Origin: a virus
Lineage: Duplodnaviria > Heunggongvirae > Uroviricota > Caudoviricetes
Strand: one strand, 5' to 3'
DNA: 22,685 nt
IMG/VR virus record: IMGVR_UViG_2778260997_000018
Part shown: positions 1-8,823 of the stretch, piece after piece
How positions within the stretch are numbered: the first letter of the stretch is position 1
Layout: every line of letters begins with the position of its first letter
Notes under the pieces: model-generated
Databases searched by the model: none
Seen by the model: only the letters and a program-made list of their open reading frames with translations
Told to the model about the DNA's origin: nothing
Translations under genes and position numbers: made by a program

Positions 1-1053
1 TTACGGGGTAATGCCAACCGCTGTCGCCACTTTGTCGCCACTTGGCAGCGTTGCCAGAGGATTGAAACGGAGCGCCGTTTCCAGATGATCCGGTGCCAGA
101 TGTGCGTAACGCATAGTCATTTTTATATCGTGGTGTCCGAGAATTTTTTGTAAGGCCAGAATGTTTCCACCCGACATCATGAAGTGCGCCGCAAACGTAT
201 GGCGCAGAACGTGTGTGAGTTGACCGCGAGGGAGCACGATAGACGTTTTTTCCATCACGGATAAAAATTGAAAATAGCAGTCTGTGAAGAAATTGAACCC
301 ATCAAGCGCCATGATCTCTTCGTAAAGCTCTTTACTGATAGGGATGCTTCTGTTTTTCTTCCCCTTCGTTCTTACAAAGGTAATTCGGTATTTGGTCACC
401 TGTGAACGAGTAAGATTTACGGCTTCTCGCCAGCGTGCGCCTGTGCTTAAGCATATCTTAACTACCAGTGCCAGAATTGGGTCCTGACGTTTGCAATCAG
501 CCAGTAATTCAACAATCTGCTCATGGGTAAGCCATGCCATCTCTTTTTCTGCGATGGTGAATTTTCGCATGTTCTCCAGTGGGTTCGGATACGACCATTC
601 GCCCAGGCGGGATAGTTCGCTAAAAACACTACTTAGATAGCTTTGCTCCAGGTTAATGGTGACCGGGCTTGCTCCTTTCTTCCATTTCTCGCTGAAGTAG
701 ATCTCACCTGTCAGGCGTTTATCTCGATAGTGGGCAAACATTTTAGAGGTTAGATCAGTTGCAAGGGGATTGCCCAGAGCGTCAACCATCAGCAGCAATT
801 TGTCATAGACATGCTGCCCAGCAGTCAGTGATTTACCATGTAGTTTGAACCATAGCTCAACCACGTCTTTCAGTGTTCGACGATCCACTGATTCACCTAG
901 CCAGGGCTTTGCTTCGGTTTCTTCCATCGTGTGACGCTCAAAAGCCAGTGCTTCGCCTTTGGTGGCGAATTGTTTACGCACACGACGCCCACTACGTCCG
1001 GCGGGGTAACATTCGCAAAGCCATTTTCCTGTGGTGAGTTTTCGTACAGCCAT
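1..1053 (-). CDS. int: Tyrosine integrase (P2/186-type site-specific recombinase)
   Basis: Minus-strand ORF with stop TAA (reverse complement of 1-3). C-terminal region carries the tyrosine-recombinase signature (LRHTFAAHF ... GHHDIKMTMRYAHL, i.e. R/H-x-x-R/Y catalytic residues). ORF-track start at 1131 trimmed to the ATG at 1053 (MAVRKLTTGKW...), which resembles P2-family Int N-termini. Position at the prophage end, next to the repressor, fits. Confidence 0.9.
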   Translation of the reverse strand: MAVRKLTTGKWLCECYPAGRSGRRVRKQFATKGEALAFERHTMEETEAKPWLGESVDRRTLKDVVELWFKLHGKSLTAGQHVYDKLLLMVDALGNPLATDLTSKMFAHYRDKRLTGEIYFSEKWKKGASPVTINLEQSYLSSVFSELSRLGEWSYPNPLENMRKFTIAEKEMAWLTHEQIVELLADCKRQDPILALVVKICLSTGARWREAVNLTRSQVTKYRITFVRTKGKKNRSIPISKELYEEIMALDGFNFFTDCYFQFLSVMEKTSIVLPRGQLTHVLRHTFAAHFMMSGGNILALQKILGHHDIKMTMRYAHLAPDHLETALRFNPLATLPSGDKVATAVGITP

Positions 1054-1241
1054 AAAAAATGCCCTCCAATAGAGAGCATTTTTACTGTATGTATAACCAG
1101 TGTCAATGTATGAAATCCTGCGACCATACATCTCACTGAAGCCATAATGAAGTAGGCTATTCTTTTTGCTATGTGATCATGTAACTTTTGCGGTTAACCT
1201 GTGGCTCATTTTTATTTTAGGCGCAGATATAAAAGCAAAAG

Positions 1242-1433
1242 TTATCGTGAGTTTTTAGTACAGATTTTTTTGGATTTACTAATAGTTCCATCATTGCAAA
1301 CGAATTTGCCATCAGAGGTACAGTGAGAAACACCTCCCTTTTTCCCTGAGCAGGGATAATTTCTAGCATAGGTAGCTAGTGGGTTTAATAACAAAGAACA
1401 TGACAAAACCACAAAAAATACCTTACCAAGCAT
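1242..1433 (-). CDS. Small secreted cysteine-rich protein (63 aa; signal peptide plus ~40 aa mature peptide with 4 Cys), possible lysogenic-conversion moron
   Basis: ATG at 1433-1431 preceded by a strong SD (reverse complement of 1434-1446 reads GGGAGGAAATT-ATG). N-terminus [23 protein letters not shown] looks like a Sec signal with an A-x-A cleavage site; the mature part has C-x-...-C spacing. Lies 15 bp downstream of the cI stop on the same strand, in an AT-rich stretch. Confidence 0.55.
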   Translation of the reverse strand: MLGKVFFVVLSCSLLLNPLATYARNYPCSGKKGGVSHCTSDGKFVCNDGTISKSKKICTKNSR

Positions 1434-1448
1434 AATTTCCTCCCGGTA

Positions 1449-2018
1449 CTATTTAACATACTTGACTGTTAAACTTATAATTTTACCAATTATTTCAATG
1501 TCTTCTATCTTACATTCGAAGGCTCTGTTTCCACCCTCGACGAAGATTCTTCCACCGGGTAAACGAGTAATGTCACGGATCGTTATTTCGCCATCAATAC
1601 TTATTACCCATTTACCATCACGTATATCATCAAATTCCTTATCACAAATAAATTCAGAATTATTATCTGTGATTACAAAAAGATTCTTGAATGCCGACGG
1701 TAGAAATTCTCTATCGAAAATATAAAAACCGTCTTCACACAAGGCCCCATCAGATAATACATATTTAGCAACTTCCATAGTATTTGTATTACCTGAAGTT
1801 TGCTTTGAACCATGCCCGGTTGTGAGCCAATTAAGCGAGGTGCCTGTTTCAAGGGCGCACTGGATTACCCATTCTGCTGGGAATGAGTCACGCATGTAGC
1901 GTGTGGCGAGTGTACTTTTAGAGATTCCTAAATGATCGCACAACGCCTGTCGAGTCTTGAATCCATAAGCTTCTACCATGCGCTCTATGGCGCCTCGTCC
2001 GCCTTTCTCCAAATTCAT
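1449..2018 (-). CDS. cI: Immunity repressor, coliphage 186 CI-type (N-terminal HTH, C-terminal oligomerisation domain)
   Basis: About 190 aa protein, N-terminal HTH-like segment (GFKTRQALCDHLGISKSTLATRYMR). Sits between int and the divergent apl/cII genes, as in 186. ATG at 2018 has GGAG 5 nt upstream; the ORF track starts at an in-frame GTG at 2024. Confidence 0.8.
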   Translation of the reverse strand: MNLEKGGRGAIERMVEAYGFKTRQALCDHLGISKSTLATRYMRDSFPAEWVIQCALETGTSLNWLTTGHGSKQTSGNTNTMEVAKYVLSDGALCEDGFYIFDREFLPSAFKNLFVITDNNSEFICDKEFDDIRDGKWVISIDGEITIRDITRLPGGRIFVEGGNRAFECKIEDIEIIGKIISLTVKYVK

Positions 2019-2028
2019 GGTCACTCCA

Positions 2029-2083
2029 AGTGAACTTTTATCTTGACGATTTCACTGTGCGATCGTATGTTTATAGTGTTCAC
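2029..2083 (+). promoter_or_regulatory. Candidate early lytic promoter (pR-like) with flanking inverted-repeat operator half-sites
   Basis: -35 TTGACG (2043-2048), 17 nt spacer, -10 TATGTT (2066-2071). Inverted repeat AGTGAA (2029-2034) / TTCACT (2051-2056) brackets the -35; a further GTTCAC copy at 2078-2083. Sits in the cI-apl intergenic region where 186/P2 phages have face-to-face lytic and lysogenic promoters. Confidence 0.35.
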
Positions 2084-2143
2084 AAAATACAAACGATCCG
2101 TATTCGTCCTGATTAATCATCATTAAACGAGGAATGTTGCATC

Positions 2144-2365
2144 ATGAGACCTAACATTTCAATCACTCTTACCACGCCTCATGTGACTATTGAACGCTAT
2201 AGCGAGCTGACAGGGCTATCCATCGATACCATCAATGACATGTTGGCTGATGGACGCCTTATCCGTCACCGTCTGCGCAAAGATAAAAAACGCGAAAAAG
2301 TGATGATCAACATAGCAGCAATGACCGTTGATGCGCTTTCAGAATGCAATCTAAACCTTAATTAG
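2144..2365 (+). CDS. Apl/Cox-like small DNA-binding protein (excision/early repressor) - positional assignment
   Basis: First gene of the rightward early operon, 73 aa, basic ([15 protein letters not shown]); GAGGAA 9 nt upstream of the ATG. Position matches apl (186) / cox (P2); sequence identity not verified. Confidence 0.5.
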   Translation: MRPNISITLTTPHVTIERYSELTGLSIDTINDMLADGRLIRHRLRKDKKREKVMINIAAMTVDALSECNLNLN

Positions 2366-2397
2366 TTCGATTCTGAAATACATCAGAGGCATTGACC

Positions 2398-2907
2398 ATG
2401 TTTGATTACCAAGTTTCCAAACATCCACATTTTGATGAAGCCTGTCGTGCCTTTGCACTGCGCCACAATCTGGTGCAACTGGCAGAACGTGCAGGCATGA
2501 ATGTGCAGATTCTGCGGAACAAGCTGAACCCAGCTCAGCCCCATTTATTAACCGCACCAGAAATCTGGCTGCTTACCGATCTGACTGAAGATTCAACGCT
2601 GGTAGATGGTTTTCTGGCACAGATTCATTGTCTGCCATGTGTACCGATTAATGAGGTGGCAAAAGAGAAACTGCCACATTACGTCATGAGTGCAACCGCA
2701 GAGATCGGGCGTGTTGCTGCAGGTGCGGTGTCTGGCGATGTAAAAACCTGTGCCGGTCGTCGTGATGCTATCAGCAGCATTAACTCTGTAACACGACTGA
2801 TGGCGCTGGCGGCTGTTTCATTGCAGGCCCGTTTACAGGCTAATCCTGCGATGGCGAGTGCAGTTGATACCGTGACTGGCCTCGGTGCTTCATTTGGTTT
2901 GCTGTGA
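2398..2907 (+). CDS. cII: CII-type transcriptional activator of lysogeny (186 CII-like, 169 aa)
   Basis: Translation from ATG 2398 ([20 protein letters not shown]...[11 protein letters not shown]...[25 protein letters not shown]...GASFGLL) closely matches my recollection of 186 CII in sequence and length. Position after apl. Confidence 0.8.
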   Translation: MFDYQVSKHPHFDEACRAFALRHNLVQLAERAGMNVQILRNKLNPAQPHLLTAPEIWLLTDLTEDSTLVDGFLAQIHCLPCVPINEVAKEKLPHYVMSATAEIGRVAAGAVSGDVKTCAGRRDAISSINSVTRLMALAAVSLQARLQANPAMASAVDTVTGLGASFGLL

Positions 2908-2914
2908 GGTGCTT

Positions 2915-3115
2915 ATGCTGACGAAAGAACCATCATTTGCATCGCTGCTGGTTAAACAAAGCCCGGCAATGCATTACGGTCACGGCTGGATCATGGGGGA
3001 GGATGGTAAACGCTGGCATCCGTGCCGTTCACAAGATGAATTGCTGGCAGAACTATCTACGAAAAAACGGGGGAACAAATGGCTATTGAAGGCACTGCGG
3101 CGACTGTTCCATTAA
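2915..3115 (+). CDS. Hypothetical early protein (66 aa), possibly Fil-like
   Basis: ATG 2915 preceded by GAGGTG (2906-2911), just after the cII stop. Occupies the position of 186 fil; similarity not verified. Confidence 0.45.
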   Translation: MLTKEPSFASLLVKQSPAMHYGHGWIMGEDGKRWHPCRSQDELLAELSTKKRGNKWLLKALRRLFH

Positions 3116-3420
3116 GCCCCGGTGAACGCCTGAATGGACTTAATCACATTGCGGAGTTAAGGGCGAAAGTTTTTGGCCTAAATATTGAGTCAGAGCTTGA
3201 GCGGTTTATTAAAGATATGCGTGATCCATGGGATATCAATAATGAACAAAATAAAAGGGCACTGGCTGCCATATTCTTTATGGCAAAAATTCCAGCTGAA
3301 CGTCATAGCATCAGCATTAATGAGCTGACCACTGACGAAAAGCGGGAGTTGATTAAAGCAATGAATCATTTTCGTGCAGTGGTGAGCTTATTTCCCAGAC
3401 GGCTAACCATGCCGAATTAA
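3079..3420 (+). CDS. Hypothetical early protein (113 aa)
   Basis: ORF with ATG 3079 preceded by GGGGAA; overlaps the previous ORF by 37 nt in another frame. Part of the rightward early operon. Confidence 0.5.
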   Translation: MAIEGTAATVPLSPGERLNGLNHIAELRAKVFGLNIESELERFIKDMRDPWDINNEQNKRALAAIFFMAKIPAERHSISINELTTDEKRELIKAMNHFRAVVSLFPRRLTMPN

Positions 3421-3487
3421 CCAACTAATGAAATTAATGGCGTAAACCCGCCGGGCATCCCTTTATCTAAATTCAGGAGAATTGATT

Positions 3488-3721
3488 ATGCGTAATATTG
3501 AAACCCTCACGACTAAAACCGGACCGGATGATGCAGGGCTTAATATTTTACTGACAGAGGCTCGTCTGGAAGAACGCCGGGCAAGGGCTGAAGCAATGGC
3601 AGCTCGCCTTGATAGCCTGGCGTGTCATATCTCATCCCGTCAGCTAAACCACGTGGAAGCGGCAGAACTGCTGCGTGTGACTGCTGAAGCAATCCAGAAC
3701 GAAGCGCAGGAGATCCACTAA
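3488..3721 (+). CDS. Hypothetical early protein (77 aa, coiled-coil/charged)
   Basis: ATG 3488 with AGGAGA (3475-3480) 7 nt upstream; stop overlaps the next start (TAATG). The ORF track starts at an upstream TTG. Confidence 0.55.
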   Translation: MRNIETLTTKTGPDDAGLNILLTEARLEERRARAEAMAARLDSLACHISSRQLNHVEAAELLRVTAEAIQNEAQEIH

Positions 3722-3948
3722 TGGCTGATGCAATGGATCTCGTACAGCAGCGCGTTGAAGAAGAACGCCAGCGCCATATCCGTGCTGCCCGTGCCAAAAC
3801 ACCGGGCGTGTCTCGCGTGCTTTGCATTGAGTGTGAAGCGCCAATTCCGCCAGCACGCCGCCGTGCCATTCCGGGTGTGCAGCTTTGCATTACCTGCCAG
3901 GAAATTGCAGAGCTGAAAGGCAAACATTACAACGGAGGTGCTGTATGA
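3721..3948 (+). CDS. TraR/DksA-family C4 zinc-finger protein
   Basis: 75 aa with CIECEAPIPPARRRAIPGVQLCITCQ (C-x2-C-x17-C-x2-C), typical of the phage TraR/DksA zinc-finger family found in P2-like early regions. Translationally coupled to the upstream ORF. Confidence 0.75.
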   Translation: MADAMDLVQQRVEEERQRHIRAARAKTPGVSRVLCIECEAPIPPARRRAIPGVQLCITCQEIAELKGKHYNGGAV

Positions 3949-4802
3949 GCACCATCCTGAAATGGACGGGAAATAAAACCGCCATTATGTCCGAACTGAA
4001 AAAACACCTTCCTGCTGGCCCGCGACTGGTTGAACCTTTCGCGGGTTCCTGTGCTGTGATGATGGAGACGGATTACCCCAGCTATCTGGTTGCGGATATT
4101 AATCCTGATTTAATCAACCTCTATAAAAAGGTTGCTGCTGATTGCGAGGCGTTTATATCTCGTGCCAGAGCTTTATTTGAGGAAGCAAACAGGGAGTTGG
4201 CTTATTACAACATAAGACAGGAGTTTAATTACTCCACTGAAATTACTGATTTCATGAAAGCGGTATATTTCCTGTATCTCAATCGTCATGGTTACCGTGG
4301 GTTATGTCGTTATAACAAGAGCGGGCATTTCAACATTCCATACGGTAATTATAAAAATCCGTATTTCCCTGAAAAAGAAATTCGCGCATTTGCAGAGAAA
4401 GCCCAGCAAGCAACGTTTATCTGCGCCAGCTTTGATGAAACGCTGGCGATGTTGAAGGCGGGGGATGTGGTGTATTGCGATCCGCCTTATGACGGTACGT
4501 TTTCCGGCTATCACGCTGACGGCTTTACTGAAGATGACCAGTATCACCTGGCATCCGTTCTTGAACATCGGTCATCAGAAGGACATCCGGTCATTGTTTC
4601 TAACAGTGACACATCCCTGATCCGTTCGCTGTATCGCAATTTTACTCACCACTATATCAAGGTAAAACGCAGCATCGGCGTAGCAGCTGGTGAGAGTAAA
4701 TCAGCAACAGAAATCATTGCTGTTTCCGGGCCGCGCTGCTGGGTGGGATTTGATTATTCGCGTGGCGTGGATAGTTCTGCCGTGTACGGAGTACGTGCAT
4801 GA
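3945..4802 (+). CDS. dam: DNA adenine methyltransferase (Dam-like, D12 class N6-adenine MTase)
   Basis: Motif I-like FAGSCAV (SAM-binding), catalytic DPPY (CDPPYDG) and a Dam-like N-terminus (ILKWTGNK). ATG 3945 with GGAGG (3935-3939); ORF-track start 3885 is an upstream extension. Stop overlaps the A start (ATGA). Confidence 0.85.
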   Translation: MSTILKWTGNKTAIMSELKKHLPAGPRLVEPFAGSCAVMMETDYPSYLVADINPDLINLYKKVAADCEAFISRARALFEEANRELAYYNIRQEFNYSTEITDFMKAVYFLYLNRHGYRGLCRYNKSGHFNIPYGNYKNPYFPEKEIRAFAEKAQQATFICASFDETLAMLKAGDVVYCDPPYDGTFSGYHADGFTEDDQYHLASVLEHRSSEGHPVIVSNSDTSLIRSLYRNFTHHYIKVKRSIGVAAGESKSATEIIAVSGPRCWVGFDYSRGVDSSAVYGVRA

Positions 4803-7213
4803 GCCATGCCGATATGAGCAACTGCTGCGGCTTTAAAGAGGCTGCCGCATCGTTCTCATGGAACAGCCCGAAAAAGGCCATTAACCCTTATCTGGACCCG
4901 GCGGAAGTTGCGCCGGTTTCTGCGTTTTCAAACCTGATCACTCTGTACGCTGCCGATAACGAGCAGGAACAACTGCGCCGCGAGGCACTGAGTGATCAGG
5001 TCTGGGAGCGTTATTTCTTTAATGAATCCCGTGATCCTGTCCAACGCGAAATAGAGCAGGATAAGCTCATTAGCCGGGCAAAGTTGGCGCATGAGCAGCA
5101 GCGTTTTAACCCGGACATGGTCATTCTGGCAGACGTCAGCGCCCAGCCCTCCCATATCAGCAAGCCGCTGATGCAACGTATTGAATACTTCAGCAGCCTG
5201 GGCAGGCCAAAGGCTTATTCCCGCTATTTACGTGAGACGATTAAGCCATGTCTGGAACGACTGGAGCATGTACGCGACAGCCAGCTATCTGCATCTTTTC
5301 GTTTTATGGCAAGCCATGTAGGGCTGGACGGCCTGCTGATTCTGCCTGAAATGAGTCAGGATCAGGTGAAACGCCTGTCTACCCTTGTCGCTGCGCATAT
5401 GAGCATGTGCCTTGATGCAGCTTGTGGTGATTTGTATGCCACCGATGACGTTAAGCCAGAAGAAATCCGCAAGACATGGGAAAAGGTGGCAGCGGAAACC
5501 CTGCGTCTGGATGTCATCCCGCCTGTGTTTGAGCAACTCCGTCGGAAAAGAAACCGCCGTAAACCCGTGCCCTATGAACTCATTCCGGGTTCGCTGGCGC
5601 GTATGTTGTGCGCCGACTGGTGGTACCGGAAATTATGGAAAATGCGTTGCGAATGGCGGGAAGAGCAGTTGCGTGCTGTCTGCCTGGTCAGCAAAAAAGC
5701 ATCTCCCTATGTCAGCTATGAAGCCGTGATGCATAAACGTGAGCAGCGCCGCAAGTCACTGGAGTTTTTCCGTTCTCATGAACTGGTGAACGAAGAGGGC
5801 GACACGCTGGATATGGAAGACGTGGTAAACGCCAGCAGCAGCAACCCGGCGCACCGCCGCAATGAGATGATGGCCTGTGTTAAAGGTCTGGAGCTTATCG
5901 CGGAAATGCGCGGTGACTGCGCCGTTTTCTACACCATTACCTGTCCGTCACGTTTCCATTCCACGCTCAATAACGGCAGACCAAACCCAACCTGGACAAA
6001 TGCGACGGTAAGACAAAGCAGCGATTATCTGGTCGGCATGTTTGCTGCATTTCGTAAGGCGATGCACAAAGCCGGGTTGCGCTGGTATGGCGTGCGGGTG
6101 GCTGAGCCGCATCATGACGGTACAGTTCACTGGCACCTGTTGTGTTTCATGCGCAAAAAAGACCGCCGCGCCATTACTGCATTGTTGCGTAAGTTTGCCA
6201 TCCGTGAAGACCGCGAGGAACTGGGTAATAACACTGGTCCACGCTTTAAATCTGAGCTGATAAACCCGCGCAAAGGAACGCCGACAAGCTACATCGCGAA
6301 ATACATCAGTAAGAACATTGACGGGCGTGGTCTGGCTGGCGAGATCAGCAAGGAAACGGGTAAATCCATGCGTGATAACGCTGAATACGTTAATGCCTGG
6401 GCGTCTCTGCATCGTGTTCAGCAATTCCGCTTCTTTGGTATTCCGGGACGTCAGGCTTACCGTGAACTTCGCTTGCTGGCTGGTCAGGCGGCAAGGCAAC
6501 AGGGTGACAAAAAAGCAGGTGCGCCGGTACTGGATAACCCGCGTCTTGATGCCATTCTGGCTGCTGCTGATGCTGGTTGTTTTGCCACCTACATCATGAA
6601 GCAGGGCGGCGTACTGGTTCCCCGCAAATATCACCTCATCAGAACCGCTTATGAAATCAACGAAGAGCCAACCGCCTATGGCGATCACGGTATTCGTATT
6701 TATGGCATCTGGTCACCCATTGCAGAGGGCAAGATCTGCACTCATGCAGTGAAGTGGAAAATGGTTCGTAAGGCCGTTGACGTTCAGGAGGCGGCAGCCG
6801 ACCAGGGCGCTTGCGCCCCTTGGACTCGTGGCAATAACTGTCCCCTTGCTGAAAATTTGAACCAACAAGGGAAAGACAAATCAGCTGATGGGGATACCAG
6901 GACGGACATTACCCGCATGGATGACAAGGCGTTGCACGATTACCTGCACAGTATGAGCAAAAAAGAGCGCCGGGAACTAGCTGCAAGGTTACGCCTGGTG
7001 AAACCGAAACGGCGTAAAGACTACAAACAGCGAATTACAGACCATCAGCGACAGCAGCTCGTCTATGAACTGAAGTCCAGAGGATTTGATGGCAGCGAGA
7101 AAGAGGTCGATTTACTCCTTCGCGGCGGCAGTATTCCGTCAGGAGCAGGCCTGCGTATCTTCTATCGGAACCAGCGTTTGCAGGAAGATGATAAGTGGCG
7201 AAACCTGTATTAA
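4799..7213 (+). CDS. A: Replication initiation endonuclease (P2 gpA / 186 A family, rolling-circle initiator)
   Basis: 804 aa ORF in the position of P2 A; contains a conserved HxH-type block (VHWHLLCF) and the Tyr-rich region [13 protein letters not shown] typical of the gpA nicking-joining active site. Start not certain (in-frame ATGs at 4799 and 4814). Confidence 0.8.
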   Translation: MSHADMSNCCGFKEAAASFSWNSPKKAINPYLDPAEVAPVSAFSNLITLYAADNEQEQLRREALSDQVWERYFFNESRDPVQREIEQDKLISRAKLAHEQQRFNPDMVILADVSAQPSHISKPLMQRIEYFSSLGRPKAYSRYLRETIKPCLERLEHVRDSQLSASFRFMASHVGLDGLLILPEMSQDQVKRLSTLVAAHMSMCLDAACGDLYATDDVKPEEIRKTWEKVAAETLRLDVIPPVFEQLRRKRNRRKPVPYELIPGSLARMLCADWWYRKLWKMRCEWREEQLRAVCLVSKKASPYVSYEAVMHKREQRRKSLEFFRSHELVNEEGDTLDMEDVVNASSSNPAHRRNEMMACVKGLELIAEMRGDCAVFYTITCPSRFHSTLNNGRPNPTWTNATVRQSSDYLVGMFAAFRKAMHKAGLRWYGVRVAEPHHDGTVHWHLLCFMRKKDRRAITALLRKFAIREDREELGNNTGPRFKSELINPRKGTPTSYIAKYISKNIDGRGLAGEISKETGKSMRDNAEYVNAWASLHRVQQFRFFGIPGRQAYRELRLLAGQAARQQGDKKAGAPVLDNPRLDAILAAADAGCFATYIMKQGGVLVPRKYHLIRTAYEINEEPTAYGDHGIRIYGIWSPIAEGKICTHAVKWKMVRKAVDVQEAAADQGACAPWTRGNNCPLAENLNQQGKDKSADGDTRTDITRMDDKALHDYLHSMSKKERRELAARLRLVKPKRRKDYKQRITDHQRQQLVYELKSRGFDGSEKEVDLLLRGGSIPSGAGLRIFYRNQRLQEDDKWRNLY

Positions 7214-7305
7214 TTACGCGGGTTAACAATTCGTGCTCTTAATAATACCAGGCATATCAGGCTGATGAACGTAAAAAAACGTTTTACATCAGTAAGATTA
7301 TTATA

Positions 7306-7325
7306 TACTGTAAATATAAACAGTG
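7306..7325. promoter_or_regulatory. LexA (SOS) box
   Basis: TACTGTAAATATAAACAGTG matches the E. coli LexA consensus TACTGT-(AT)4-ACAGTA (CTGT-N8-ACAG). Lies about 40 bp upstream of a small ORF and the DinI-like gene, overlapping a probable promoter (TTTACA at 7283-7288, TATACT at 7304-7309). Confidence 0.7.
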
Positions 7326-7366
7326 GTTATACATACAGTATTGCTTGTGGTGTCATAGGAGGAAAG

Positions 7367-7555
7367 ATGCAGGACTATTTTTTGGAGTCTTTGAAGCTCC
7401 AGCGCATTGATTTTTTTCTTAAACTTGTAGCGGCTAGTGAGTGTAGTGATGAAGAGAAGGGGCTGGCTTTGCAGTGGGTTTCTGAACTGACAGATGAACT
7501 CATGGCAAAAATCAGAACCCACGAATACAACCGCTCAATGGATGTCATCAGCTGA
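7367..7555 (+). CDS. Hypothetical small protein (62 aa), first gene of the SOS-regulated operon
   Basis: ATG 7367 with AGGAGG (7357-7362) 4 nt upstream; the ORF-track start 7265 would include the LexA box itself, so the shorter start is preferred. Confidence 0.45.
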   Translation: MQDYFLESLKLQRIDFFLKLVAASECSDEEKGLALQWVSELTDELMAKIRTHEYNRSMDVIS

Positions 7556-7565
7556 GGTGACTTTT

Positions 7566-7799
7566 ATGCGCATTGAAATAATGATCGATAAAGAGCAGAA
7601 GATTAGCCAGTCTACCCTGGACGCCCTTGAATCCGAGCTTTACCGCAATCTGCGCCCCCTGTATCCAAAAACGGTAATTCGCATCCGCAAAGGTAGCTCT
7701 AACGGTGTGGAACTGACCGGACTGCAACTGGACGAAGAAAGGAAGCAAGTGATGAAAATTATGCAGAAGGTGTGGGAAGACGACAGCTGGCTGCATTAA
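7566..7799 (+). CDS. DinI-like protein (possible Tum-type SOS-inducible antirepressor)
   Basis: 77 aa beginning MRIEIMIDK...LESELYRNL...IRIRKGSSNGVELTGLQLDEERKQVMKIMQKVWEDDSW, closely resembling E. coli DinI (MRIEVTIAK...WESADDWF). GAGG 7 nt upstream of the ATG. Downstream of the LexA box; located at the right genome end like tum in 186. Confidence 0.75.
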   Translation: MRIEIMIDKEQKISQSTLDALESELYRNLRPLYPKTVIRIRKGSSNGVELTGLQLDEERKQVMKIMQKVWEDDSWLH

Positions 7800-7921
7800 G
7801 AAACGTTGCTGGCGTCTGAACTTGCTTCTGGCGTCAGCAAGGTTGAACAACGAGCTGTGCGAGGCGTTAGTTGATATAGTATCAATATATAAAAGGTTTC
7901 TCGAAGTTTTAAGGTAAGGTT

Positions 7922-8641
7922 ATGACAACTATTAACAAGCATGGGTTATCTAGAACAATTCCTGAACCTGTAAAACTGGAGGTAAGGCAGCGCTGTGGCT
8001 TCGGTTGCGTTGTTTGTGCTTCTCCCATTGTTGAGTATGAGCATGTAATTCCCACATACGCTGATGCAAAGGAGCACTCACCAAATGCAATAGCACTACT
8101 TTGTCCTACGTGCCATGCGAAAGTAACGAAACGTCTTTACTCTAAAGAGAAAATAATTAAAGCAATGGAATCTCCTGCAGCCTTACAAAAAGGGAATGTG
8201 GCCGATATATTGGACTTTTCTGATAGGCATCCAACAATAATATTTGGTGGTGCGACGTTTGAATCCTGTACTGTACCAATAATGTTTCAAAATGAGCCAT
8301 TGTTAACCATTGAAAAAGAAAATAATGCTTTTCTTATTTCGGGTAAATTTTACGATAGTCAAGGTATTGTTAATCTTGAATTAATTAAGAATGAGTGGGT
8401 TTGTAGTGCAAGGCATTGGGATGTTCAGGTTGTCGGTCCTAGAATAACTATTATAGAAAAAAGGAAAGGTCCTCGTTTAATTATTAAAGTTGATGCGCCT
8501 GAAAGATTGATTGTGGAAAGATTAGATATGTTGGTTAAGGGGACTCGGATTGTAGGAGACGAACACAAGCTAAGAGTAGGTCCACATCAATTTCACAACT
8601 GTGGAGTTTCAAATTGCAATATTGGTTTCTGCTTTGGCTAA
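7922..8641 (+). CDS. HNH-nuclease domain protein with ~170 aa C-terminal domain of unknown function (cargo)
   Basis: N-terminus has the complete HNH signature: CGFGCVVC (C-x2-C) ... EYEHVIP (E-x-H-[IV]-x-P) ... NAIALLCPTCH (N-x-x-x-L-C-x2-C-H). AT-rich codon usage unlike the phage backbone. Confidence 0.7.
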   Translation: MTTINKHGLSRTIPEPVKLEVRQRCGFGCVVCASPIVEYEHVIPTYADAKEHSPNAIALLCPTCHAKVTKRLYSKEKIIKAMESPAALQKGNVADILDFSDRHPTIIFGGATFESCTVPIMFQNEPLLTIEKENNAFLISGKFYDSQGIVNLELIKNEWVCSARHWDVQVVGPRITIIEKRKGPRLIIKVDAPERLIVERLDMLVKGTRIVGDEHKLRVGPHQFHNCGVSNCNIGFCFG

Positions 8642-8754
8642 CTGGAGGTTGGAAAAAGACCATTTCCTATAAGCTGAGTATTTCGTACATTTTTGCCAAC
8701 GCATGTCTATGCCGCATGAAATCGCATGATCGTTTGAGGATCGTTTTTGCTGAT

Positions 8755-8780
8755 GCCCGCCAGAGCTGGCGGGCTTTTGC
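8755..8780 (+). terminator. Rho-independent terminator candidate
   Basis: Stem GCCCGCC (8755-8761) / GGCGGGC (8768-8774), 6 nt loop, then TTTT (8775-8778). Confidence 0.5.
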
Positions 8781-8823
8781 TTGTGTCATGCAGGTGCATG
8801 AAAACCACTACACAAAGCGGGCA

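Noticed and set aside
1054-1131. N-terminal extension of the integrase ORF to 1131 (MYGRRISYIDTGYTYSK...)
   Set aside because: The extension is AT-rich and unlike Int N-termini; the internal ATG at 1053 gives the typical P2-family Int start, so I trimmed the call.
3540-3927. Minus-strand ORFs (127, 70 and 69 aa) overlapping the early-operon genes
   Set aside because: Antisense to the coupled + strand early genes (hypothetical / TraR-like / Dam); low-complexity Arg/Ala-rich translations.
5948-6688. 246-aa minus-strand ORF inside replication gene A
   Set aside because: It is antisense to the conserved gpA-type replication protein; no independent support.
7800-7860. Possible terminator after the DinI-like gene (direct CTGGCGTC repeats, weak CTTGCT/AGCAAG stem)
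   Set aside because: The stem is short, the repeats are direct rather than inverted, and no T-tract follows; not convincing as an intrinsic terminator.
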